Below, in pieces: positions 24,320-36,113 of a stretch of 64,000 bases of DNA (position 1 is the stretch's first letter; every line of letters starts with the position of its first letter). A program made the translations under genes and the position numbers. Below the pieces are notes generated by a model. The model was not told the origin of the DNA. It saw only the letters and a program-made list of their open reading frames with translations, and ran no database searches. Source of the stretch: Octopus vulgaris (Eukaryota); NCBI GenBank assembly GCA_951406725.2, contig OX597815.1, positions 27,218,001-27,282,000 of the forward strand, read 5' to 3'.

Positions 24320-24528
24320 AAGGAGGCGGAGTTAGCAAAGTGAATGTTAGGGGTGGAGTGAGCAGGTCACGTTAATTTATAAAGTAACGTTCTCATAGGT
24401 TGGGCGGGAAAGAAAAATATTAAACAAATAAAATTAATAAAAAAAAAAGGAATTCCCTCAAGGTTATAAATAAGTTGTTGCTATCACAATCACTTCAGCT
24501 GAGTTTCTTTCACAACTATAGCAGAAAC
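24320..24528 (+). promoter_or_regulatory. Putative core promoter and 5' UTR of the ferroxidase gene
   Basis: GC/GT boxes (GAGGCGGAG 24323, GGGGTGGAG 24350, GGGCGGG 24402), kB-like AGGAATTCCC 24448-24457, TATAAATA 24465-24472 and Inr-like TCACTTC 24490-24496 upstream of the ATG at 24529. Confidence 0.55.
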
Positions 24529-24677
24529 ATGTCTCACTCTTTGTGGACGAGTTTCTTTCTCTGTATGCTGGGGATAGTTTCCCAAGTGAAGACAGACATT
24601 ATTCACTATTATATCACAGCCGAAGAAGTTATCTGGGATTATGCACCGAGTGGAAACGATTTGGTCACTGGGGAAGA
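24529..24677 (+). CDS. Hephaestin/ceruloplasmin-like multicopper ferroxidase, coding exon 1 (signal peptide, start of domain 1)
   Basis: MSHSLWTSFFLCMLGIVSQVKT followed by HYYITAEEVIWDYAPSG. Donor GA|GTGAGT, phase 2. Confidence 0.92.
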
Positions 24678-24692
24678 GTGAGTAGAACATTA

Positions 24693-24739
<47 letters not shown>

Positions 24740-24744
24740 TGAAA

Positions 24745-24973
24745 GGCGGCGAGCTGGCAGAAACGTTAGCACGCCGGGCGAAATGCTTAGCCGTATTTCG
24801 TCTGCCGCAACGTTCTGAGTTCAAATTCCGCCGAGGTCGACTTCGCCTTTCATCCTTTCGGGGTCGATTAAATAAGTACCAGTTACGCACTGGAGTCGAT
24901 ATTATCGACTTAATCCGTCTGTCTGTCCTTGTTTGTCCTCTCTGTGTTTAGCCCCTTGTGGGTAGTAAAGAAA
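24745..24973 (+). mobile_element. Family A SINE, full monomer
   Basis: GGCGGCGAGCTGGCAGAA head, GAGTTCAAATTCC B-box, GGTCGACTT.GCCTTTCATCCTTTCGGGGTCGAT central domain. Flanked by (TTA)n/(TAA)n. Confidence 0.9.
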
Positions 24974-24987
24974 TGATAATAATAATA

Positions 24988-25020
<33 letters not shown>

Positions 25021-25202
25021 AAGACGGTGAGCTGGCAGAATCGTTGGACGAAATTCTTAGCTGCATTTCGCCCGTCGTTATGTTCTGAGTTCAAATTCGA
25101 TAAAAAGTACCAGTTGCGTACTGGCGTCGATCTAATCGACTGCCACCCCCAAAAAAAAAATTTCAGGCCTTGTGCCTATAGTAGAAAGGATTATTATTAT
25201 AG

Positions 25203-25600
25203 CCAGCGAGCTGGCAGAATCGTTGGCACACCGGGCGAAATGCTTAGTGGTAATTCGTCTGCTGCTCCGTTCTGAGTTCAAATTCCGCCGAGGTCGACTT
25301 TGCCTTTCATCCTTTCGGGGTCGATTAAATAAGTACCAGTTACGCTCTGGGGTCGATATAATCCACTTAATCCGTTTGTCTGTCCTTGTTTGTCCTCTCT
25401 GTGTTTAGCCCCTTGTGGGTAGTAAAGAAATAGGTAATTCGTCTGCTGCTCCGTTCTGAGTTCAAATCCCGCCGAGGTTGACTTTGCCTTTTATCTGTTC
25501 GGGATCGGTAAAATAAGCAGCAGTTGAGTACTGGGGGGTCGATTTTATTGACTTAACCCCTTCCCCCAAATTTCAGGCCTTGCGCCTATAGGAGAAAGAA
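25203..25600 (+). mobile_element. Family A SINE dimer
   Basis: The second unit restarts after the junction GAAATAGGTAATTC (25427-25440). Confidence 0.8.
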
Positions 25601-25735
25601 TTATTATAGCCTGCAGAATCGTTAGCACGTCAGACAAAAAATATTTAGCTGCATTTTTACCCGGTTCTTCACTTTCTGAGTTCAAATTTCCGTTGAGATT
25701 CTCTTTGCCTTTCATCCTTTTGGGGGTAGGGTATC

Positions 25736-26440
25736 GGGTGGACGTCAGGGATAGATCGCCCACAGAAGTTGGAATTTCTCCGTTTGACGAGAATTTTTCA
25801 AATATTTTTTTCTTTTTTACGGTGCCCTTTGAAATGATGGGGTGGGAAGCATCTTTTTCGCAGAAAAGTTTTTTCGAAAAAGGATTTTTTTTTATCCCAC
25901 CCCAATCCGGACCGATTTTGGTCGATTTTGTGGGCATTACGCACTTAAAAAAACAAGCGGAGAAACCTTTTCGTAAAAAAAAAACAAAAAAAAAAAACTA
26001 ACAAATTTTGAACCCTTTATAATGAATTTCTTTCATACGATATTGAATATGGTTTCACTATTGAAAAAGTTAAGGGCGATTTATTTGTTGTTTTTAGCAC
26101 ATCTCACGACTATCTGATACCTTCCTTGTTTCTTTATTTAATATTTTTCTCCCCATTTAATTGCATAATGGGAAAATGTGTAAGAAAAAAAATATTCTGA
26201 TTTTTAGGCACAAGATGAAGAATTTTGAAGAGAAGGTGTTAGTCGATACCATTGATCGAAGTGTTTGACTTTATTGTGCCTGAAAGGACAGGATTTTTTT
26301 TTTTTTCCATAATTCTTTTTTTTTTTCTGAAAACATGTCCCCATTGTTTCCAAGGGCACTGTAAAAAAAAGAATCTGAGAATCCCTGTCAAAACAGAGAA
26401 ATTCCAACTAATGTGGGCGACCTGTCCCTAACATCCACCG
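25736..26440. mobile_element. Non-autonomous DNA element with long (~130 bp) imperfect TIRs
   Basis: GGTGGACGTCAGGGATAGATCGCCCACAGAAGTTGGAATTTCTC at the left end is the approximate reverse complement of GAGAAATTCCAACTAATGTGGGCGACCTGTCCCTAACATCCACC at the right end. TSD unclear. Confidence 0.75.
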
Positions 26441-27178
26441 AATCAAGCAGAGAGGACAATGTAAATGATCTTCCCCTTTCCCTCAAAATTACTGACCAAA
26501 ATTAGAAAAAAATTATTTATTTTTTTAATGATAATTTTGAAGAATCTATACAATATCCTTCATTCCATTCACATCCAAGATATCTTATAGGCAATAAAGA
26601 GAAGAATTTAGCCAATTAAACTGTCCACAGTACATGACAGTTATTTATTTCGGCCTGGAAAGAGAGTGATGAGATGGCAGAATCGTTAGGGCTTTACAGT
26701 ATTTAGTCCATCTCTTTACATTCTGAGTTCAAATCCTGTCCTTTCAGGCACAATAAAGTCAAACACTTGGATCAATAGTATCAACTAACACCTTCTCTTC
26801 AAAATTCTTCATCTTGTGCCTAAAAATCAGAAGGCATTTATCTCTCTTGAATTGGTCCATCTCTTTACATTCTGAGTTCAAATCCTGTCCTTTCAGGCAC
26901 AATAAAGTCAAACACTTCGATCAAATGTATCGACTAACACCTTTCCTTCAAAATTCTTCATCTTGTGCCTAAAAACCAGAAGGCATTTATCTCTCTTGAA
27001 AAGATGAAATGTAAAATCAACCCCAGCAAGATTTGACTTCAGAACATGACCAATCCTCTACTAATTCTGCTATCCTCCGCCTTTGTTGTAATCACTTCTA
27101 ACATAAAGACATAAGGGAGTGGTTAGTCGATTCAATCAAACTTAGTATGTTACTGGTACCTTACTGATCTCAGTGAGA

Positions 27179-27240
<62 letters not shown>

Positions 27241-27242
<2 letters not shown>

Positions 27243-28615
27243 GCCCTGATGCAGTACCAGGCAGTGGCTCTCGTAGCTTCTGATCTTAACTGATTGGAAG
27301 TGTTATTATGTACATTGTTTTGTCTTGGTATAAAAGATGGGCTACAGCAAATATTCTGCCAAATACTACAGATTTGCTTCTCAGTTGTTTGACCTTAACC
27401 AGTTGAGCATGTGCCTTAGTAGCTGATGATATGTGCATCTCTGACCACGAGCAGAAGTAGTGGGGGAGCATCATAGCCACATGTTGAAAGGAATTTTTAG
27501 AGCTTTGGATAATTCACCTTTGGAAATATGGGTGGTTCGTTCAACTCCTTAATCCTTTGTTTATGTTATTATTATTTATATGCTGTTATTATTATTATTA
27601 TTATTTTTGAGTGAGAGAGCAGTGCATGCCATCAAAGTGACACTGGGGTAAAATATACGAAGCCCAGTATACTCATCATGACTACCCGTCTGATAACGGT
27701 ACACTAGGCACATGCATCACAATCATATGTGTGCGACATGGTAATCTCATATCAAGATAAACAGCACATGACCTTGCAGGTGGGGCCCAGTTAGAATTTT
27801 CTTCTGGTCGAGTAACCCATCCTGCTCAAAAAGTCCCTGAATAAGGGTTGTTTAAGGATGTTGAATGAAACACTCATGTTTCCAGAGGTGACTTATTCAA
27901 ACTTCAAAGAATCCACCTCAACACATGGCTATGATGCTCCCCCACTACTTCTGCTCGTGATCAGAGATGCACATATCGTCAGCCACTAAGGGAATGCTCA
28001 AATGGTTAAGGTCAAACAACTGACAAGTAAACTTGTGGTAATTATTTTTATTATTATTATTGAGTGAGAGAGCAGTTCATGCCATCAAAGTGACACTGGG
28101 GTAAAATATACGAAGCCCAATATACCCATCATGACTACCCGTCTGATAAGGGTACATCAGGCACATGCATCACAACCATATGTGCGTGACATGGTGATCT
28201 CATATCAAGATAAACAGCACATGACCTTGCAGGTGGGGCCCTGTTAGAATTTTCTTCAGGTTGAGTAGCCCATCCCACTCAAACGGTCCCTGAATAAGGG
28301 TTGTTTAAGGATGTTGAAAGAACCACCCATGTTTTCAGAGGTGAACTATTCAAACCCCAAAGAATCCCTCTCAACACATGGCTATGATGCTCCCCCACTA
28401 CTTCTGCTCGTGATCAGAGATGCACATATCGTCAGCCACTAAGGGACATGCTCAACTGGTTATGGTCAAACAACTGACAAGCAAATCTGTGGTATTGAGC
28501 AGAATATTTGCTGTAGCCCATCTTTTATACCAAGACAAAACAATGTACATGATAACACTTCCAATCAGTTAAGATCAGAAGCCATGAGAGCCACTGCCTG
28601 GTACTGCATCAGGGC

Positions 28616-28617
<2 letters not shown>
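27241..28617. mobile_element. Cluster of three copies of a ~560 bp (TAA)n-associated repeat
   Basis: Partial copy 27241-27550, then opposite-orientation copies at about 27608-28040 and 28061-28617, each next to (TAA)n/(TTA)n. A further copy lies at 62018-62573. Confidence 0.85.
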
Positions 28618-28660
<43 letters not shown>

Positions 28661-28849
28661 CATTATTATTATTATTACATACTATTGTTTGGGTTTGGTT
28701 AGGTAAATCAGATACCATACAGGTATATCAAATACTATACAACATAAATTCTGGAATTATTAGAGCTATCTCCACCTTCAGAGGATGTGAATTTTTCTTT
28801 AAAAAATATAGGAAACAACTGGAGGTTCTAATTTTTAACACCTACCAGT

Positions 28850-29233
28850 CATTGTTTCAGTCATTTGACTGCGGCCATGCTGGAGCACCGCCTTTACTCG
28901 AGCAAAACGACCCCGGGACTTATTCTTTGTAAGCCCAGTACTTATTCTATCGGTCTCTTTTTGCCAAACCGCTAAGTGACGGGGACGTAAGCATAGGTTG
29001 TCAAGCAATGCTAGGGGGACAAACACAGACACACAAACACACACACATACATATATATATATACATATATACGACAGGCTTCTTTCAGTTTCCGTCTACC
29101 AAATCCACTCACAAAGCATTGGTCGGCCCGGGGCTATAGCAGAAGACACTTGCCCAAGATGCCATGCAGTGGGACTGAACCCGGAACCATGTGGTTGGTT
29201 AGCAAGCTACTTACCACACAGCCACTCCTGCGC

Positions 29234-29235
<2 letters not shown>
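28850..29235 (-). mobile_element. Family B SINE
   Basis: Reverse complement of the 44467-44888 type element. Confidence 0.88.
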
Positions 29236-29323
<88 letters not shown>

Positions 29324-29615
29324 GTGATCCTGGAAAGTCTAACTTCCAAGAGTGTACAATTTTGAACCATATATGTATACACACATACACATGCACACAC
29401 GATGGGTTGCTTTCAATTTCTGTCTACTAAATCCACTGAAAGTATTTGCTTTGCCCAAGGAAGTAGTAGGAGATACTTACCCAAGGTGCCACACAGTCAC
29501 ACTGAACTTGATTTGGAAGTATGCTTCTGAACCACTCAATCATGCCTGTACCCTTGTGTGTGTGTGTGTGTGTGTGTGCGCGCACATGCATGTGTGTGTG
29601 TGTGCGCGCACATGC

Positions 29616-29648
<33 letters not shown>

Positions 29649-30048
29649 ACCAGCGCCATGAGAAGATCATTGTCTTCGTCTGCCGAAAAAGGCATTTTTT
29701 TCCCAAATACGCCAACTAAGCTAAGTTGTACTGCCTATTAGTCGTAAGACACCCACTGTTTTTGTCCTGTTTTTACCATTATTGTTTTTTGTATTTTATA
29801 TTCGTGTGGCATTGTCCGTTTTTCTGTCCCTGTTTCATATACATTCGATCCTTTTTCCAAGAAATCTAATGCTTGTAGCTTAGTTTTTCCTTGGGGCTGG
29901 CCGGATCGGAGCGATCTCAAGATTAATCAGCCGAAATTGCTAGGATGATCCAGTTCTTGACTGAAGATTGAAGGCTTTGAATGTCCCGTTCGTGTTTTTT
30001 GTATCATCTTCTAAATGTTTTACGTTCTTGTCCCAGTTTGTATTTTTC

Positions 30049-30093
<45 letters not shown>

Positions 30094-30790
30094 TTAAACT
30101 TTTAATACTTTTGATATTTAAAAAAAAAAAAAAAATTAATTAATTAATTAATTAATTAATAAATAAAATATATGTTTTTTTGTTTTCACTGTTTGATTTG
30201 CCTAATAGTGGTTTTATCTCTAATTTAATATAATATAATATAATATATTTATACTATAAAGTTGGATTTAATCCTAAATCTAATTTTTCCCTGTAAGTTT
30301 GGATTTATTCCCTAATATTATATATATATATATATACATACATACATATATATGAGGTGCCAATTTTAAGTTACTTGACTATTTAGCACCTTACTACTTT
30401 CATACTACCTACATTCCTTCTTATTCTCACTTCTCTTTCTTCTTCTTTGTCTTCTTCCTTCTCCTCCTCCCTAACTTTTAGAATAACACCTGTTTACTGT
30501 TTAGAATAACACCTACACAAATTTTATAAACAAGACATTCAAAAGAGATGTTTCTGGTCACTTGACCACTCTACTACCATCCACAGCTGGCAGTTGACCA
30601 TTTAACATACTACTTGCATGGCACTCCCACATTCTTCCCCCACCCCACCCCAAACGGTAGAGGAGTAGGGACCGAAACCAAATCAGATGTGGTTCCTCCT
30701 GATGATGTCTTGATCCTATAACTGGATCCTATAAAGGAGCTGTTGTGGTAGCCGAAATGAGAACCCAGGTTTGAAATTTCCCCAAGACAT

Positions 30791-30826
30791 CTGATGAAGG
30801 CTGGAGGGTATATCAGCCGAAACGTA
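30791..30826 (+). ncRNA. Hammerhead ribozyme-like core (Penelope type), stem I not evident
   Basis: CUGAUGA A GGCUG gagggUAUAU CAGCC GAAA CGUA: a perfect 5 bp stem II lies between the two conserved boxes. Confidence 0.55.
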
Positions 30827-30908
30827 TTAACAACAAACAAGATAAGGACAAATATCCATCAATTGTAAATAATATAAATAATAAACACTATTGAGTGAGC
30901 CTCTAAAT

Positions 30909-31307
30909 CAGTGGTTGTCAACAGGGGTCCATATAACCCCTTAGGTTCCATATAAAATTTTTAGGGGTTCATGCAACAAAATAGTAAATTGAGGATCTAC
31001 AATAATATTTCAACAGCCCCAGAAAATATATTGCTTTAGATGTATGTATTGGTATCTATTGCAAGAAACAGCTAGGTTTCTTTAAGTTAATGTGGGGATA
31101 AAAACAAAAAGGTATTTTGAAAAAAGTTTCTATAAAGGCGCAGGAGTGGCTGTGTGGTAAGTAGCTTGCTTACGAACCACATGGTTCTGGGTTCAGTCCC
31201 ACTGCGTGGCACCTTGGGCAAGTGTCTTCTACTATAGCCTCGGGCCGACGAATGCCTTGTGAGTGGATTTGGTAGACGGAAACTGAAAGAAGCCCGTCAT
31301 ATATATG

Positions 31308-31340
<33 letters not shown>

Positions 31341-31756
31341 ATGTTTGTGTGTCTGTATTTGTCCCCCTGGCATTGCTTGACAACTGATGCTAGTGTGTTT
31401 ACGTCCCTGTCACTTAGCGGTTCAGCAAAAGAGACCGATAGAATAAGTACTCTTTACTCTTTACTCTTTTACTTGTTTCAGTCATTTGACTGCGGCCATG
31501 CTGGAGCACCGCCTTCAGTCGAGCAACCTGACCCTGAGACTTACTGGGCTTACAAAGAATAAGTCCCGGGGTCGATTTGCTCGACTAAAGGCGGTGCTCC
31601 AGCATGGCTGCAGTCAAATGACTGAAACAAGTAAAAGAAAAGAAAAGAAAGAAAGAAATAAAACTAGTTTTTAAACATCAAATAGCTATGGTGGGTCCAC
31701 CAGAATAAAATAGCAATCATAGGGGTCTATGGATAAAAAATGGTTGAGAATCCCTA
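30909..31756. mobile_element. hAT MITE with a nested family B SINE (31137-31640)
   Basis: 8 bp TSD CTCTAAAT at 30901-30908 and 31757-31764. Termini CAGTGGTTGTCAAC / GTTGAGAATCCCTA. Confidence 0.88.
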
Positions 31757-32284
31757 CTCTAAATAGTTGTTCAAAATGCATGAAATATTCACCAAATATC
31801 CCTGAGATTACACCCTACCATCTTGAAACAGAGGAATAAATTGGATAATATAATTCTAGGTGTGTAAATCCTAAGAGAAGAATGGGACATTTGTTGCTGG
31901 TACATAAATCTGCACTGTTAAGGTTGACCAAGGGGTAAAACAACATCAATAACAATAATTCATTAAGGTTCTATGAAGCACAAAGCAATGGACATAAATG
32001 GTAGATGAAAAAAGTTCTCACAACCTCGATCTATTTTATTTTGCTTTTATTTCTCTTCTCTTTTGTAAAACTATGAAACACTGTATAGATTTCGTAGTAG
32101 GACAACGAGTAGAGAAGTTGACAATTCATATTTTGTCATCAGGTACTGATGCTTTTTATCAGAAAATCAGAGTTAGATGGAGTAGAACCCGTAATCTTTG
32201 CAGACTCTATGTTGTGAATGTAGCTGAGACACTTAACTTTTATTGGTCCACCCAGCTATACAGCAATCTATATAGCTCTCTCTT

Positions 32285-32600
32285 TACTCTTTTACTTGTT
32301 TCAGTCATTTGACTGCAGCCATGCTGGAGCACCGCTTTTAATCGAGCAACTCGACCCCAGGGCTTATTCTTTTGTAAGCCCAGTACTTAGTCTATCGGTC
32401 TCTTTTGCCGAACTGCTAAGTAACGGGGACATAAACACACCAGCATCAGTTGTCAAGCAATGCTAGGGGGACAAACACAGACACACAAACATAGACATAG
32501 CTATAGTAGAAGACACTTGCCCAAGGTGCCACGCAGTGGGACTGAACCTGGAACCATGTGGTTGGTAAACAAGCTACTTACCACACAGCCACTCCTGCGC
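32285..32600 (-). mobile_element. Family B SINE with internal deletion
   Basis: Reverse-complement match to the family B head and tail. Confidence 0.85.
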
Positions 32601-32619
32601 TGCAAATGATTATTACTTA

Positions 32620-32721
32620 TTAAGTTTATCTCAACAGATTTTCTGTGGAAGTTATAGCCAGCACTGACTATAATCAGTGCTGGCTATAATTTCTATAGAA
32701 AACCCATAGAGATAACCTTAA
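32620..32721. repeat. 102 bp palindrome, probable TTAA-flanked MITE
   Basis: Perfect core TTATAGCCAGCACTGA-ctataa-TCAGTGCTGGCTATAA. The arms extend without gaps to TTAA at both ends. Confidence 0.8.
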
Positions 32722-33493
32722 CTATTGATTTAATAGCATTGTTAACTCAGTAAAATTCAGTACTGACTTATAAAGTGTTTAATCATCATCATCATCATCA
32801 TTGTTTAACGTCTGCTTTCCATGCTAGCATGGGTTGGACGAATGACTGAGGGCTGGCGAGCCAGATGGCTGCACCAGGCTTCAGTCTTGATCTGGCAGAG
32901 TTTCTACAGCTGGATGCCCTTCCTAACTCCAACCACTTCGAGAGTGTAGTGAATGCTTTTATGTGCCACTGGCAAGGGGCCAGTCAGGCATCACTGGCAA
33001 TGACCTCGCTTGAATCTTTTACTCATGCCACCAGCACAGGTGCCAGTAAGGCGATGCTGGTAACGATCACGCTTGAATGGTGTCTTTTACGTGCCACCAG
33101 CACGGAGGCCAGATAGCCACTCTGGCAATGATCACACTCGTATGGTGCTCTTTAAGGCGATGCTGGTAACGATCACGCTCAAATGGTGGCTTTTAAGTGC
33201 CACTGGCACAGAAGACGGTTAGCCACTCTGTCAATGATCACACTCGTATGGTGCTCTTTGCACCCTGCTAGCACAGATGCCATTGTTGCATAAAGAAATA
33301 TGGTGTCCCTACAAGTCATTAAAATGACTATGGTTGTTGCTGTTCAAATCAATTTTTAACAATACTGATTACAGTTTTTGAAAATCCTCAACACCCCACC
33401 TCTTAATAAATTTCTAGCATCAAACCCACATAAGAAATTACTACATATTCCATTGGTTTTGGGTTTCTGATATCTATTTATTCATTTTAACAG

Positions 33494-33738
33494 AGACTAC
33501 AAAACATTCTTGGAGAGTTCTCCAACCAGGATTGGACGTAAATACAAGAAAGCCATCTATAAGCAATATACAGACTTCACATTTACTCGAGAAATACCAA
33601 AACATGAATCACTTGGTCTTATGGGACCTATTCTAAGTGGATCTGTTGGACAAACACTCCATGTCCATTTCTTTAACAATGCCAGTCGACCTTATAGCAT
33701 TCACCCACATGGTCTTTTCTACACAAAGGGGAATGAAG
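33494..33738 (+). CDS. Ferroxidase coding exon 2 (domain 1, first trinuclear-Cu HxH motif)
   Basis: CAG acceptor. RIGRKYKKAIYKQYTD...LGLMGPIL...RPYSIHPHG...KGNEG. Donor G|GTGAGT. Phases 2 and 1 fit the neighbouring exons. Confidence 0.96.
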
Positions 33739-34527
33739 GTGAGTTACTCTGAAACTTTTATTAGTCATTTTGAACAAGAAACTTGTTAATTTGACCTTTG
33801 TGGTCTAATGTTTATTAATTGACATGCATAGGTGAATGTTCATAGCTTGTTATTTATAGATTGAAGTGTGATAATAAGATATTTTCATACATGTATCACC
33901 AGTGTGATGATTTGGTTGAGTTGATGCCAATGGAAAGAACATGAATTCTGTTTGAGATTTTAAATACAAAAATATTTATTTTTAACATTAACAAACTTTG
34001 TCACTACCAACAACAAAGAAAAAAATGTTTACACCAAGTTAGACAGTTCAAAGTTTGTGTGGGATGTTGCATTCAAGAATGACCAGTAACTGACATTGTG
34101 TGATCCTAGCAGCTAGCTGGTTTAGCTGCATCATTGTCGCTGTCATCCATTGGTTTCCATTCTGCAGACAAGCAGACACTACTACTGATCACGGAGAAAG
34201 TTCTGTTACTGCTATTTCTTTCAAAGAGAAAATGGCACCAAAAGATGGAATTATTAAGGAGATCCTGTTTTACTGGAAGCTAGTGGTTAGTTCTTGCTGA
34301 TTTCATCATGCTGTGAAGTTGTTTTTGCATCAGGTCTAGGTTCTATTTCTATGCAGTTGGCACTTCCGTGTCTGAAGAGCTTGTCTTGAACAGGCAATGC
34401 CACTCCCATAGCACTGCCATGACTTTTGGAAATCGTCAATGATCCTCAACCCAAAAGTTCACTCAGAAAAGACTACTCAGATTGTTCTCACTGATGCCCA
34501 GAGTCAATTCTGTGGGGTTAGTTGTGG

Positions 34528-34579
<52 letters not shown>

Positions 34580-34827
34580 TATAATAATAATAATAATAAT
34601 AATTATAATCCTTTCTACTATAGGCAGAAGGCCTGGAATTTGTGGAGAGGGGATAGTCAATCACATTGAACCCAGTACTTGACTGGTACTTAATTTATCA
34701 ACCCCTAAAGGATGAAAGCCAAAGTTGACCTTGCAGAATTTGAACCCAGAACGAACTCAGATGGATGAAATGCCACTAAGCATTTTACTCGGTGTGCTAA
34801 TGATTCTGCCAGCTCCCCACCTTGTTG

Positions 34828-34861
<34 letters not shown>

Positions 34862-35039
34862 TAATAATAATAATCATCATCATCATCATCATCGTTTAGC
34901 GTCCATTTTCCATGCTAGCATGGGTTGGATGGTTCAACTGGGGTCTGTGAAGCCGGAAGGCTTCATCAGGCCCAGTCAGATCTGGCAGTGTTTCTACGGC
35001 TGGATGTCCTTCCTAACGCCAACCACTCCGTGAGTGTAA

Positions 35040-36062
35040 AACAAAAAACTGTTTTCAGTATTTAAGGAAGCTGACAAATACAAACAAGAAATCATACTAC
35101 CTAAAAAACATGAAGAAGAAGAAGAAGAAGAAACAACAAAAGCTATAAAACAAATGAAATCTAAACTAAACTAGAACAGCAATGGACCATGATAAAACGA
35201 TGGCAAGAAAAGCCCCTTTATGGAAAATACTGGGCTAAACTAAATGCAAAAGAAATAGACAGAGAAAAATCCCAGCAATGGTTGAAAAGCTCAGGACTCA
35301 AAGCAGAGACTAAAAGATTTTTAATTGCAGCACAAGACCAAAGCCTCCCCACCAGAATTTACCAAAAACATAATGAAAAGAAACATAACAAGTAACTGCA
35401 GAATATGTGGAGATGGACACAAAACAATAAATCATATTATCTCTGGCTGCCCAGTCTTGGCTAAGAAGGAATATATTCACAGACACAACAGAGTTGGGAC
35501 CTACATACACTGGAAGCTATGCCAACACTATGGAATAACAACAGAAAAGAGATGGTATAGGCACACGCCAGAAAAGGTCAGAAAAACGAGAAAGCAACCA
35601 TACTCTGGAATATGCCAATACACACAGATAGAGAAATTAAGGCCAAAAGGCCAGATATAGTTGTCAGAGATCATGAAGAAAAAAATGCTTTCTAATTGAT
35701 GTATCAATACCAGCAGATGACAATGTTTCTCTAAAAGAAATGGAGAAACTTTCAAAATACAAAGACCTGGAAATAGAGGTAACTCAAATGTAGAATCTAA
35801 AAACAGTAACAATTCCTATCATAGTAGGCGCATTGGGTATGATAAAAAAATATTCAGACAAATACGTAACAAAAACAACATGACTTACTAATGTATATAA
35901 CATACAGAAAATTGCACTACTAGGCACTGCACACATCCTACGCAAAACACTTTCAATATAGTAACCATCAGAGCATTACAGTAAACCACAGCACATACCT
36001 AAGGCACACAGAGCTATGCTCAGTAGTGAAATGAAAGCACGCTATAAAAATAAAACTGCTGA
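35040..36062 (+). mobile_element. R4/Dong-like LINE, 5'-truncated, ending in (TAA)n
   Basis: GLKAET..LIAAQDQSL, CRICG...HIISGC..L...Y..RHN zinc knuckle, PDIVV RLE motif. The 3' end abuts a TAA run. Confidence 0.88.
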
Positions 36063-36071
36063 ATAATGATG

Positions 36072-36113
<42 letters not shown>

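Noticed and set aside
24490-24528. Iron-responsive element in the putative 5' UTR
   Set aside because: No CAGUGN loop on a stem with a bulged C. The nearest match, CAGCTG, does not fit.
29890-29990. GGCTG...CAGCC-GAAA and CTGAAGA motifs as another hammerhead
   Set aside because: The boxes are not in a workable order with stems. Possibly a decayed PLE terminus, but no ribozyme can be supported.
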